Positions 47,976 to 60,379 of a DNA stretch of 64,000 nucleotides are shown here, piece by piece. Positions within the stretch are counted from its first letter, which is position 1, and the number at the start of each line of letters is the position of its first letter. Source of the stretch: Raillietiella orientalis (Eukaryota); contig JAYWIR010000048.1 of assembly GCA_036172245.1 (NCBI GenBank), positions 682,001 to 746,000 on the forward strand, written 5' to 3'. The notes beneath the pieces are model-generated. The model made no database searches. It was given only the letters and a program-made list of their open reading frames with translations, and was not told the origin of the DNA. Position numbers and translations under genes: made by a program.

Positions 47976-48459
47976 CCTGCGTGCCCCTTCGCCAGCCATG
48001 CATCCCGTACGGAAAGACTCGCGTCTCACCTTTTGTGCTCCTATCACGTTCCACTTTTTGGGCTTCCTGAGAAGATGCGGTCCCTTCCTCGGACGCGTGG
48101 CCTCCTTGGAGGAGAACGGCTGAATGGCCTGCTGCCTCGCTGACTCCAGCGCCCGGCTAGAAGAAACAGCTGGCACGTGATCGAAGATGATGGAGCCGAG
48201 CTTTGAAGAATGGAACTGCTGCGGATCGACACCTGCGCCCGCTGCTCACTGCGAAACATCCTGGAGTGTCCCAGCAGGAGCACGTGGGTGGAGTACACAT
48301 CCTTCGCGACAACAGCATCCTTGCTAAGGAGGACGCTTGGCAGCAGCCTAACGCCGAGGTGATGGGTCTCCTGCGAGATCGCAGGCAGGCGGAAGTTGAT
48401 GAGCGGATCGACCACGGGTCAGTTGGCGAACGCCGCGATCCTCAATGCCCTTCCAAGAA

Positions 48460-49100
48460 AATTTCACCAGTGGGGTGAGCGGCTCAGTATTCTTAGTGAA
48501 GACCTGTAGTAGCCCCCAGTGCTCAGGAACAGCATCGTCCTTCTCCTGAAATGGCAGGAGTCGGCATCTCTGCTGTTGCACTGGGCTTTTTCCCTGCAAC
48601 GCCTGCCGACAAGAGCTGAGGCCTGGGGGGAGGGGGGGGATGAGCCCGGACTGTTGCAGGTGCAAGGAGTGAGAATCCCTCCCGCACATGCTTGAGGACT
48701 GTCGCCCTCAGGCCCTATGGGAACGTTTGGGGATGACCTTCTGGATCCCGGTTGGCAGCCCTAGGAATGTTTTGAGGGTCCTCTTTGAGAAAGGCTCCCT
48801 GCAGCCAACCGCAGCCCCAGAAGCGTTATCTGTAGGATTACGGCAGCCTGGAGCAAAGCCAACAGAGGAAGGAACGAGGGACGCCATCCAGTTTGCAGTT
48901 AGCATCCTGCGGATAGCAGTCTGATGGCCCCACCAGGAGGATATTCGCGCGGACTCAGACGGTATCCTGGAAAGGATGCACAATTTCTCCAGTGGACTCT
49001 TGTGGCAGGTCCATGGACAAACGGAGTGTGGTAAGACCACGTGTCCCACCACAATTTGTGCGTGTCTGCTCAATTTTAATAAACTCCCCAGAGTGCCGTG
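48460..49100 (+). mobile_element. Tx1-like LINE 3' fragment
   Basis: 'PDCCRCKE*ESLPHMLEDC..LWERLG..DAIQFAVSILRIA', ending aataaactcccc. Confidence 0.8.
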
Positions 49101-49139
49101 GTGGAAATTGGGGAGAACCAGGTCGAGGATTTCCTCTCA

Positions 49140-49305
49140 AGCATAAGAATGGATTCCTTCCTCCAGTGCCTTCCTGGATTCATAGGGTGGTCCCGTCCTT
49201 GGGTACCCTCTAACATGAAGACTTCCACGCCACCTCTGGTGGCGTAGACAGTATTTAGAGGGCTTAGTGAGTCCCTAGACAAACGGTTCTTGAGTACTTA
49301 GCGAG
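49140..49305 (+). mobile_element. 3' fragment of the long SINE
   Basis: 'gccttcctggattcatagggtgg..ggtggcgtagacagtatttagag..gttcttgagtacttagcga'. Confidence 0.65.
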
Positions 49306-49589
49306 TCACAGAGACCACCTCGTAGTGATGTGGTGCTTCGACCACCATAATGGGTGCAGGAAGATGGACGCGACTAAGAAGTGGAATCTTTTGCTCAAAG
49401 CCCTTCCTTAAAGTTGTGATTAGAGTTTTGGGACCAAGAGACGCCTTCCTCTTTCATGTTCGTGGGGACCTCCCTCATCACGTGGGGTCGAGTGGAGGTG
49501 CCTTCCAAACTCCTCGTGCGACTTGATTGGATTTCCAATGACCTACCGAAGAGCGGTGAGCAGACAGGCGAGGTCCACTTCGGCAGGTT

Positions 49590-50850
49590 AAGGGAAGCAA
49601 AAACGAGAAAACAAAACACAAAACAGGGAGGGAAAATTTTACACTGGGAGGGGGAGAATCGAGGAAGGGATCACGGCATGCTGACCGGCGTCCTCTGCAT
49701 CCTGTTCAGGATGCCGACCAGTTCCCTCCGTATAAGGCCTAGGTGAAGCCATCTCAAAGCGACACTCAGGAAGATTCGCGCCCGGTGGATGGCGTCCCTG
49801 CCATTTCGGCCTCTTCTCATAGAGTCCCAGGCCGTCGTCATCCCGCGAAGACATCAGAGAACTGCAAGGGGCGCGGCCGGCGGTAGTGCGGCATTACGCA
49901 CGAAGAGGCGTCTGAAAATGCCCCTCAGGCTGCGCGCTTAGATTAATAGAATGGTCGCGAGGATGTCCCAAAGGAGTCAGAGGGCAGTACAGCCCAACAA
50001 CAGCAGGTGCGGGAGGGTCTCCTTCTTCCAGCACCTGTCGCGCGACATCTACTTCAAAAGGAATCTGTCAGGTTGCCGGTACGCAGATCGGTGAGATTCT
50101 CCTCGGCAGCAGAGGAGAGGAGGAAAACAACAAGGAAAAAAAAAAATTAACGTAAACAAACTTTGGAGGGTGCGGGCTGGGATCACGTTCTGCCAGAGGA
50201 GGAACCCCCGCACCCTTTCGAGAATGCTGGCAAGTTCTTGCTGCATATTGTTCAGGTGGGACTATCTTGTTGCCATCCTCATGAAGCGGGAGGCAAAGTT
50301 TATGTGGCATCCCTGTCGCTGCGTACTTTCATTGCATCGCTTGAGGTGCTACTATCCTGCGTAGGTAGCAGAGGCTGCTGACCGAAGAACGTCGCGTACG
50401 AAGAGGGGTCAGCCCATGGAGTTGCCTCTCGCGGTACGGAGGGTCGTAGCGAAACTCTCCCACAATGGTGGCAACGCAGTCCACAAGCAGATGCGGGAGG
50501 GATTCACAGTCTACGCACAGTTCACACTTACCCTCATTCCCCTCCGAGTCCAGTGATGCCTGCGGGAGTTTCACAGGAGACCGTGTAGCAACATCAACCC
50601 CGGCTACTGCTACTTTAAAGAAGGATGTGGGTGTCTAAGGTTACTGGAGGCCGTCACTGTACATCTTTCTGCTCTGCGGGAGAGCAGCTTGCGTCAGCGC
50701 AGAAATCTTTGATGCGGGGCACTTGGGGTCGCAGCGTCCGTAAGTTGACCCGTCGTCCACTCACGCAGTTCTTTTCCCATGGCGGAGATTTCCACGGAAA
50801 CTTCCCATCTAGTCTGAAAGCTGCTGTATATGTGTTCCCCCGCTGAGGCA
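49590..50850 (-). mobile_element. Cluster of Tx1-like 3' fragments (at least two 3' ends in tandem)
   Basis: Two T-rich UTR starts (~49600 and ~50130), 'QQELASILER', 'CELCVDCESLPHLLVDC', and a second 'ETLPHLL' remnant near 50020. Confidence 0.7.
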
Positions 50851-50949
50851 AGGGAGGTTCCCCCTGCCCACGCACTCATTGCGGGATGTTCGATGACCTC
50901 TCGGAGCCGTTGTTACGGAAAGAGTGCAGCAATCGCTGCGCCTGTTCTG

Positions 50950-51790
50950 ACCTGGCTGGGGATGCTGTCAGTCGCACCACCCGCCCGTAAGCGCTGCAGG
51001 GCGCCATGCGGGGCTTTCCGGATGCTGCAGCGCACGAAGAGTGGCTTCTGCCTTCGATGGCAGGTCTTTTCAGCATTCTCCACGCTCCCCATTCTGCACC
51101 CAAAGCCTTTTTCTTCGTCCTCCTTCACCCCTTTTCTTTGATCACGCATCCAGGATGGTTTGTACCGGAAACGTACTTTCAGATCCGTCAAGGTTCGTGG
51201 GGCCCCGACGTGGGAGATTGGTATTCAATAACAACCCCGGCAGCATCCAGGATTCCAGTCAGAACAGAGATGGCAGATGCGTTTGGGGGAATGGGTGCAG
51301 CGGCTGAGCATTAATACGCATCTTCTCTGGTGAGATGCTGACATTCTGGACTTTCAGAGTTTCTAGCGGTCAGGAATTCTCTATAAAAAGCTCGTAGGGA
51401 GAAGGCCCTGACTGGATCGTAGTCATGGTGACATGGGACCATCCCCTTTCCCTTGAACGCATTCTCAGTGGGACGCCTGTTTTCGTACCCCGTGCTCACC
51501 CTGAGAACCATCTCTCCGATGGAGTCCCTCGCACGAGGAGGAAGGTCCCCTTCAGACGTGGGGAGGGCACACGGTCCCCAGCGCACACGGAAAAGGGTGC
51601 TGGGATGAATAGGCAGAAATCCAGACGGGGCGAAATGTGGGAAAATCTTGAAAGAAGGAACCATCTTGCGCTCACTTTCGGTGCAAAGCGAGCGTGCAGT
51701 GAGGATGGACCAATGGGGTGCTGTTTCCAACAGTGGGCGGGGGTGAAGCACAGCCCTCGAATAACGGCGACGTGGAGGAGGGTGCGCATG
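50950..51790 (-). mobile_element. Decayed L1/Tx1-like ORF2 C-terminal region (distinct subfamily)
   Basis: 'AFSLRAFYREFL' linker followed by a decayed CCHC 'C..QKPLFVRC'; similar to sequence at ~28250. Confidence 0.35.
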
Positions 51791-51799
51791 CGCCTTCAA

Positions 51800-52520
51800 T
51801 TAGCCTCCGAGGGGAACCCTCCTTCCTGGTTGTCTCCGAAGGCAACCTCATTCTCTCAGGAGGGAGCCCCAGGAGGAGGTCAACCCATTATTTCCTCTCC
51901 GGAAGGAACCCGGAAAGGAACCGCTCCTCGTTTCCTCCTCTGAAGAGAACCTCGAAATGACGCTTCCGAATTTCGCCGAAAGGCGACCATCTCCGAAGGG
52001 AGCAGCGTGCTTCTTCACACCCTGGAGAGGGAACCCTCAAGAAGGGTAACAACCAGCTCCATAGTACGAGATGGAGGGTCCCTTCCTCCATCCCTCCCTT
52101 TCTCCTCCTCCCTACTTCCCTTCGTTCCTCCCTCCCTTCCTCTCTTCCACCTTCCTCCTCCTCTAACTCCACCTTTCTTTCTTCCTCCTCGTTTTTCCCT
52201 TCCTCCCTCCCTCCTTCTCTACCTTCTACCTTCCTTCCTTTCTTCTTTCACAAGTCCATTTTCACAACCGGAGGGGAACCCCGAAGGGCTCTTCGATGTT
52301 TTGGAATCACCCCAGAAGGTCGACTTCCCATCTGGGCCGCTCAACGGGAGCATCCGGTTTTCACCAGTGACACCACCCGGAGTTCGTGGGACAACCGGCG
52401 TTCATCTTGCGGCGGAACTCGAAACCCCCTGACGCACCCATTTCTCGGCGTTTCTCGGCGCCGCGTGGGGATTAGAACCCGCGGCGCTCGGTGCATGCGC
52501 GGAGGCAGCGGCCTCCAATG
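51800..52520 (-). mobile_element. Long tRNA-derived SINE-like element, copy 6, with internal CT-rich expansion
   Basis: Reverse complement of the head (gattagaacccgcggcgctcgg), 'gacgcacccatttctcgg', intact accagtg site, palindromic body; pyrimidine tract ~52080-52250. Confidence 0.65.
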
Positions 52521-53339
52521 CGGAGACTCCGTCTTTTCCAGGCGTCGCGCGATCCCCAGGCAACCTCCCACGTTCATCGTACCGGCCTTCCGGGAAAGCT
52601 TCTCTTCCCTCTCCTCCTGCCATCTGCCCCATTCCACGGTTGAAAGAGACAAGCCGTGACGCATCCTCCAGGGCGTGACGTATCTGCGCTTTCCTCCTCC
52701 TCCTCCTCTTGCATCTTCCGCCCCCCGTAATTGAATGCGAATGCTTCGCCATTATCGCAGCCTCTTTGCATGCAGATGAGACCTCGAATGCTTTTCGGAT
52801 GAGCAAAAAACTCCGGCTTCTCTATAGAGGACTCCCCCTCCTCCCTGTCTCCCCGTCCCTGATTTATTCCTTGTATTTTAACGAGTTCGCCTGCGTCTTT
52901 CTTCCCTCTCCTCTCTCTCTTCCTTTTCTTGCTCTTGCCCCCTCTCTTGATCCTCCTCCTCCCCCTCCTCCTTCGCTAATGCAACTTTCAGAGTCCTCTC
53001 TCTCTGAGGGGAGTCCATCGATTCATGCTCCGCCCGCCTTTTCCGCAGCAGCTCCAAGAAACCTCCGGATGAGAGAGCAGGGAGGGTGGGAGAAGCCAGG
53101 TACTCGCTGGGAAGATCCGCGTTGCGGAAGCTGGGCTGCCGGCTCCCTTCCCTCATTGTGCAAAAACGAAGATGTCCATCCTCTCCGAGGACGCCACTGA
53201 GAAGGGGAATCTGCAGAAATCCACCTGGAGACAAGTGGGAGGAAGGGCATCCTCCCGCCTGCTTGACGGAAGGCCGGAACCCCCTCAGCGTCGAGGGTCC
53301 AGTGGCGGCTCTCCCCTCTTCCTGAATTCTCTTCTCGCC

Positions 53340-53930
53340 TGAGCGATGAAGGGGGAAGGAAACCTCCCCGCACCTTCTGGTAAACTGTGCCTCCCTCCGA
53401 ACCCTTTGGGATCTCCTCTCGACGATCCTGAAAATCCCGGTAGGCAACCCGAAGAGCATTTTCCGGCGCTTCTTCATGAGTGTCGCCCTGCCGACACCTG
53501 CGTCCCCAGCAGTCCTCTGCTGCGCCCGCGGAATCGTGGCAACCTGGAAAACGCAAAAGGGAAGAGTGATGGGAACACCGCCCACTGGGCAGCCAACCTT
53601 TTTTGAAGACCGCTTCCCGCTCGGGACAAAAAGTCACGGAACTTGTTAGCATCCTGGACAGGATGCGGAGGACGTCTCCCAGCGTATCGTGATCCCTTAC
53701 CCACCCGTCCCATTCCCCAGGAAACATCCCCTTCCCCCCCCCCCCCCATCTTTTTTGGTTTCTTCGCTTGTTTTTCGGTTTCCCCTCCCCTTGGCAGCGG
53801 AAACGGACCTCGCCGGTCTGCGGACAGGTCTTGGCAAGTGTTTACCTCACGTGGTGGAACCACGTGTTCTCCCACAGTACTGTGGAAATTTTTCGGCTTT
53901 CATTATAATTTTATAACAAATGCCCCGACG
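53340..53930 (+). mobile_element. Tx1-like LINE 3' fragment
   Basis: 'ETSPHLLVNCASLRTLWDLL..ILKIPVGNPKSIFRRFFM', UTR 'ggacctcgccggtctg', degenerate terminal 'aaatgccccg'. Confidence 0.8.
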
Positions 53931-54074
53931 AATCTGCGCGAGGAACCGAAAAGCACTCGGAGTCTTCTCCCTTCTTCGGCCCCCCGCAAGAACGGACATG
54001 CTCACTGCCGAGCGATACGCAAGAGATCCCAGCATCACTGCTCACGGAACGCCACGACCTTTTCATCTCGGGAG

Positions 54075-54760
54075 GAGTCCCTTGGTTCAGGATCCCAGTC
54101 TCCTAGAGGTAGGGCTCGGAGTCCGCTCATCTCACTCCCGGGCAGGGATCCCCAATGGGAAACCCTCCACCCTGGGTTGTCTCCGAAGGGGAACCCCGAA
54201 GGGATCCCTGAAGGAGACTGCTCCATTTTTCTTCTCCTAAGGGAAACCGGAAAGGATCCGCTGCTGGGAATTTCTTCTCCAGAGGGTACTTCCGCAAGGA
54301 AACTCTCCTGTTTACTCCTCTGAAGAGAACCCCTAAGGGACTATTCCGAATTTTCCCAGAATTCTTTCCCCGAAGGGAGCGGTTTGCATCTCGGCACTCT
54401 CTGGACAGGTGGCGACACACCTACTCCATCTGAACGACACGGAGGGTCCTCTCCAAAGGGGGAGAGGGGTCCGTTCCTCCGCACAACCGGAGGGGAACTC
54501 CCACTCCTTGATTCCTGGAAGGACTCGGGGGTCGACTCTTATTGCCCCGGCGACTCATCGGGGGCATTCGGTTTGAACCGCTACCAGTGCCGCCGCACCC
54601 GAATGAATGCAGGCCAACCAGCGTCATCTTGCAGGAGGAACTCGAACCCACGACACCCCCCACCCCCATCTGTCGAGCATCGATCCTTTCTGAGTATTCA
54701 AACCCTTGCGGCGCTTGGTGGTGCCACGCTCGGAGACCGTGACCACATGGCCTCCAACGA
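54075..54760 (-). mobile_element. Long tRNA-derived SINE-like element, copy 7
   Basis: 'tccttgattcctggaagg', 'accagtgccgccgcacccgaa..ggccaaccagcgtcatc', and palindromic body, all in reverse complement. Confidence 0.7.
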
Positions 54761-55209
54761 AGACTCCCAACCTCCTAACGTAGACATCCTGCGTGCTCCC
54801 AGGCCGTGAGCATCTGCAGCTCCGTGTTGTGACGATGGTGCGCTCTCCATCCGGGATGGCACCGTCATCTTGCTCAGTCGGTTCGCCTCCCATTAGAAAT
54901 GGCCGCCTCTTCGAGAGCATCGCCGTTCCGGGAAGCCCAGCCAGGAGACTGCGATCGCGACCGAGATTCCGCGCGGGTTCCAGAGAGGGAAAGGGGAACG
55001 CGCGCGGTGAGGATCAGCTGGCACGTCGGGAGCGCATCCGGATGGCGGGAACGCAAGCCGCCCTCAACAGCAGCGCAAGAGGAACGTTCGAGGGAAATCC
55101 CGAGCGGGTGTGTGCAATTCGGGACGGGCCCATAAGGAGAAAAGTCGCCTTCAGAGCCCTCGCGGCGCTTCCCTATCCCAAACCACGGCCGAACCGCGTC
55201 GCGGGTTGC

Positions 55210-55700
55210 CCTGGGGCGCCTATTCAATAAAAATAAGCATTGATAATCTGTGCATTGATAAGCATTGGAGTATTGGTCCAACCATACCCATTTCTATAGG
55301 AAGCTGACGGGTTTGCCGGTACGCAGGCTGGAGAGTTTCATCTCGGCCAGCAGATGAGAGAGGGTAAACAAAAATAGAAATAAGTAAATAAATAAACTTA
55401 CGGAGGGTGTTGAAAGGGATTTTGCCGGCGGAGCTGCCTGGAGGAGCGAGCAGAGTGCCATGACATGCCCGACGGCGCAAACTCAGGAGGACCGACTCCG
55501 CGTTCCTCCGTGCGGGGCGTCTCCATCTGCTGCCGGTGGCACTCACGCCAGGTCGCGTGCACGGGAGGTGCGCAGGCCAGTGGTTAGAATGGGCATAGGG
55601 GGGGGAGCAAAAGAGAAAGTGGAGGCAACAGCCAGTTGGCGGGGCGGTGCACCATAGGCCCGTGTAGGGATGTTCCGCCCTACGCACCTTCTAGAACGCC
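55210..55700 (-). mobile_element. Tx1-like LINE 3' fragment
   Basis: A-rich UTR complement, 'ctgacgggtttgccggtacgcag' also seen near 50070, terminal 'ccctggggcgcctatt'. Confidence 0.5.
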
Positions 55701-57459
55701 TCCGAATAGACGGGCAGCAGAGTCGAGTGGGACAGTTCAGCCTCCTTTTTTCTGAGGATGAGAGCTTGGTCTCGAGGATAACTCCGCTCCGGGTGCCCCC
55801 TGGCAGCAGGTCAGGATGGCCCATCGCCCATGTGTCTCCGGCTGCAGCCGATCGAAGCGTCCTGCCTGCCGGCACGCTGGTGGCTTGGGACGCGCGTCAG
55901 CGTCTCATCCCATCTCTGGCACTGACTCACAGAGTTGTCCTGTGTTTGTTTCCTGGCTGGCCGTTGGATAGAGAGGACATTGAAATGTGCGGCACGGACG
56001 AGCTTCTGTTTGGTATGGGTCCGTGCTCGTAAGAAACAGCTGAAGGTTACCTCGGAATCCCGTGGAGCACGTGGCCTTGCGCTGATGAGAATCCCTACCA
56101 GTTCAGAGATGTGCGATGCACCGGATGATGTGATGGGCGACCTCGAATTTCCTGGAGTTTCTTCGGGCGCCCCGTCTTGCCCGCGCTCGATTCATAATGT
56201 GGAAATCTCGTAAGATCAAAGTCCCGAAAAGAGAGTTCATCACTCATTGTAAGTTTCATTGAGAAAGATAGGGAACATGGAATACACAGCAAAGAGAATT
56301 CGAGAAAAAAAATAATGAAAATCGATAAACGTTTCTTCTTGACCATCGGGGCAGCCTCGTACTTGCCGCACCGCCTTCCTGCGAGGGAAGAATTTCTCAG
56401 ACATCGCCCACCGTGCTGCAAGAACGCCTCGCCTCCTAGGCAAAGCTGGACGGAAGCGCAGGCTTGCCGCCCGCTACGTCACTTCCTGCGCTTTGGCGAC
56501 GGAGAGTGCCTTCCTGGCGCGGGCGCCAGAGAAGTCGCGTGCGCGTTTTCGGTGCGTGCACGCCTTTCGGAAAAAAATAAAATAAAAATAGGGGAGTCCC
56601 TGCCTGTGTGCCGAGTCGAGCGAAGAAGGATCGCCGGGAACGACCAGGGCACCCACTAATTGCCTTCCATCCCTCCTAGAGGGTCTCTTTCACGATGGGA
56701 ATTGCGGTTTTCGGGACGGTGGCATCGAATATTCATCTCTACGCGAGACTTCGAAACGGTGCCGACGATCGCGAAGTCTTCCCCCTTGCGGGCCGCGTCC
56801 GTGCAGCTGCCCACAGTTCCCTTCTCACGTGTCGAATTTTCGCTTTCTCTTTGCTTTTTGTTTTGCTTTTTTGAGCAATCCGCGACGCTCTGTGTTTCGT
56901 GTCCTCATCATTTCCAGCACTCGATAAATGGGACTTTCTCAACAAATGAGGAGTTGCAGTTTCTGGATTTTTAATCCTTCGGGAACGTAGCACCGGTCAC
57001 TTCCGCATGTTGATCAGGACGCTTTTCGCCTTCCGGGGAAAGCATGCTCTTCGGTGCTCCCGTTCTCTTGTCGCCTGTCGGCGTGTTCGCTGGGGGGAGG
57101 CAGCCCATTTGCAGCGGTCTCACTCGCCCAACCAACTAGAATGCTTGGAGGCAGGAGGCTTTCGAGTCCTGGGCTGCACTCCAGGGAATGCGCCCTGAAG
57201 GCCTTTGCCCCCCCCCCCGCGACGTATGTTGTCATGACCCCTGGAAGTGTGTTGCTGCAGGATGTGTGGTGAAGTGGTCGACCGTGGCCTCCATACTCCT
57301 GGTCGCAGTGCTGTCTCCCCCTCAGGGCAAAAGATGCCAGTAACCTACCGACGAAGCGGGAGTTTTTCCTGCTTCATCGAGGGAAAAAATCCTAGGTGTC
57401 TGGAACACACGCGAGTTGAGCTTGCTGGCACTTCGCGTGTTTTGCCGATAGGACTTTTT

Positions 57460-57830
57460 CAATGGAGAGAAATTTTGAGTGTCGCCCCCGAAGAACTGTG
57501 GTGCCTCTTCATTGCTTGAGCACTTCAGTGTTCCCACTCTCCTGGAAACAGGATGTGCTGCTCTTCCTCCACTGGGATTTCCAGTGCAAAGAACGTGAGC
57601 ACCAGGTTTCCACAGGGGTTGCATCTTCCAACTGTGCCAGGTGCAGGTCGGTAGGGTCACCGCCGCACCTGTTAATGGACTGCAGTGTCCTCCAGAAACT
57701 GTGGAGGTGGCACCAGGAGCACGCCGCCCGAGATGTGCTGCGGCGGTTCCTCGCGCGGGCAGGAGTCGCGACTGGCGCGATGATCGCAAGCTTCCGTTGC
57801 ATCCGTGTCTTCGTCGCAGCTCACCGCGTG
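57460..57830 (+). mobile_element. Tx1-like CCHC fragment
   Basis: 'PLSWKQDVLLFLHWDF..NCARCRSVGSPPHLLMDCSVLQKLW'. Confidence 0.8.
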
Positions 57831-57863
57831 CTGGAGACGACCACGCAGCGAAGGGTGGTCACG

Positions 57864-59065
57864 TTTTTTATTGCTTAGAGTTACAGTTATACAACATGCT
57901 ACAGGGGGGGCTCTTGAGATTCTTCAGGAATTCCTCCTCTATTCATCTGGGGTGCTCGTCTCCCCCTCAGCATGTCTCTTCCTCTGCTTCCTGTTCCTCG
58001 TCACGCAAGGGCTAACCGCTGGGATTCTCCGGCAGCATCCGGTTGTCGGTCCTTCGTGTGGCGTAGGCTGCATAGATGTCGCTGGAGTACCGGATACACC
58101 AAGCCACCATACGGTGCCTCATCTCCCCCAAGTTCTTTTTTGGAATTCCAAGGTCCAGTATTCATTCCTCGTTACCTGGATCCCAGGTTCCCGAAGAGCC
58201 AATGACAGAAGCGTGCACCCTGCATTGCATCCTCCCTCAGCATAGCTGGAGGGCTACTTGTACATTTCCAGCTCGTTCCACCTAGCTGTGCTGGACGTCT
58301 GTCCTCCACACTCGTACGGGTAGCAAAAGTCCAGCACTAGGAACCGGTTTCCTTTCTTCATCGCAACGTCCGTTCTCAAGAGGGACTTTGTCCCTAGAGT
58401 TCTCTGGCCAGTGGACAATAGGGTCCACTTTGCTTCATCCACCGCGCCCATGCTGATCCTCCCTTGAATCGCGTCATGTCGTGCGATGGGAAGATGAATG
58501 GGGTGCATGCTGCATTTGTCTAAGATACGAGGCAGCGTTTCGTCTTCTGTCCGGCGGTGCCGACTTGCGCATTCTTCTGGTTTCATCCCAGGACCAGCCC
58601 TGACTGGTAGGACATTTTTATTCGGGCTGTGTGAATGAATCAGTAATCCGGGAACCTCAAGTGCCCTCCTTTCGTAAGGAAGAAGCTTGAGACGTGGTGT
58701 ATGCCATGAGGAGTGTGGTTCCTTGACTGAACGTGGTTTTGGACCAGGGATTGCCATGTGTGTTCTCTCTGCAATGCACTCACGCCGGAGGTAGTCTTCC
58801 TCATGGTGCTGCTGCAGATGACGCCGTCAATCGTTATGATGGGCTCTTCACCAGCAAACTTCCGGTGGACTTTTGTTCTCCTCGAGGCTCCTCTTCCTTT
58901 GGACCAAAGGCTCTCAGCGTCTCTGTCACGCTGTACGAATTCCATGGAGGGAGGGTCCGTCACGAAGTCCCCGAGGTCCTCATTTGTTGACGTTTCGCGG
59001 ATTCTCTTTTGGGTCATCTCGTTTAGCAGTAGCCTACGTGAGGACTGCTGCGAGGTGACCTCGCA
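57864..59065 (-). mobile_element. Utopia/NeSL-like RLE non-LTR retrotransposon, 3' ~1.2 kb
   Basis: 'SLWSKGRGASRR', 'SSFFLTKGGHLRFPDY*FIHTAR/NVLPV', 'ETLPRILDKC..RHDAIQGRI', 'LRTDV..VLDFCYPYECG..AR..MY', 'VIGSSGTWDPGNE..LGI..MRHRMV..YSSDIY', then UTR ending AATAAAAAA. Confidence 0.85.
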
Positions 59066-59149
59066 TAGAAGAAGAAGTAAAGAAGATCATTGTTTTCCAG
59101 CGCCGGTTTGAGGATGGCTAGGAACGGCAGACACAGGTGAGCCTTGTCC

Positions 59150-59475
59150 CCTACCTCCGTTTCTTTTTATTTTCCTTTTTTTTTCTCATTCTCCATTCCC
59201 GTTCTCTCCCTAACTTCTCCGATGTCTGTTGCTTTGATCCCAGTGCACGCACGGAGACATTGAAATTAAAATTAAAAGATTTCTTCCCCATTCCAGAGCA
59301 TTTATTTTTTTGTTGTCCTCCGATTCCTCTTCCCATTCCAGACTTTTTGCTATCCCGGCTGCGTGTCGGTGGACCCTTACTTTGAACTTCTTTTGTCTTT
59401 GCTCGGGAACCATAATGTTCCCAGCTGTTTCATTTTTTATGAAAGAAAGGCCCCGGCGTGACCGGGTGAAAAAAT
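59150..59475 (+). mobile_element. Tx1-like 3' UTR remnant with terminal hairpin
   Basis: T-rich tracts, then ggCCCCGG-CGTGA-CCGGG-TG-AAAAAA at ~59449-59474. Confidence 0.55.
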
Positions 59476-59599
59476 TGATCTTCGCCGCTGAGCTGCATCC
59501 TCGATCCTCCCATCATCTTTGCCAGTCTCGAGATAGCGCACGCATCTTGGCGATCTGCGGAGGAAACTGGAAGCGCCTTCCTCTCTCTCCTCCTCGAGC

Positions 59600-60000
59600 G
59601 CGACGTCGCGAGCCCAGAGCATCCTCGGGGTAGCACGTCAGGAGGCAAGAAGCCTCCGTCGACCGTCCCTCCAATCGCGAACCCTTGAACAGTGCTGCAC
59701 CGTTGCTGCTAGGCTGACCTCTGCCATGGCCCCAGCTCTGAAAAGCTCCGAACGAGATTTCGGAATCTCTTCGGGAAATCTGCAGATACCTGTGGCTCTC
59801 CCGAAAGGTTCTGCACTCTTCCCTTGGAGTAGCAGCACTCACTTCTACAGCATCAGTGTAGTTGCCGGCGGCGTGTTCCAGCGCTTCCTTTTTAGATAAA
59901 GGAAAAGCAAACAGGCCACTTGTATTGACGGGTCCATAAGTCAGTGGAAACTTGAGAAAGGAGGACCACCTACCGGCAGGTCGGCTGGTCACCCGGAGGT
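59600..60000 (-). mobile_element. Possible CRE-like RLE endonuclease remnant
   Basis: 'RPAGRWSSFLKFPLTYGPVNTSGLFA' resembles RPDGxTxxPWxxGxPLxWDxTV; 'SFGAFQSWG' resembles FxPxAxETxGxWG; 'VSLAATVQ'. Confidence 0.3.
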
Positions 60001-60379
60001 CGGGAAGGGCAATGGGAAGAGAACAGTAAATAAAGAATAAAAAAGAGAGAGAAACGAACGGGGGTCACCCGGTCATAGCTGCTGTACCTGCTGCAACCTG
60101 CGTGCGTTGCAGGCGGGGTTTTTCATGGCTCCGTCATTCGTGAAAGGCAACATTCCTCAGGATCCGCAGAATAGAGGGCTGTGACCCTTGCTTTCTGGAG
60201 CGTCCTATCAGTGTTTCAGGACGCAAAACAGGATTGGGAACGATCAGGAAAGCAGGCGAAAACCCATCCTGCGCGAAGCAGCTCCGGGGGACGTGTTCGG
60301 GTCAAGGTAGGAATAGTCCGGATTGCAACCACTGACGGTGCGGAACGTCAACGCCTTCTGCCCAAAGGGGCGACCCTAA

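Noticed and set aside
52000..53050. Pro/Ser- or Glu/Arg-rich ORFs
   Set aside because: They are translations of low-complexity CT-rich tracts.
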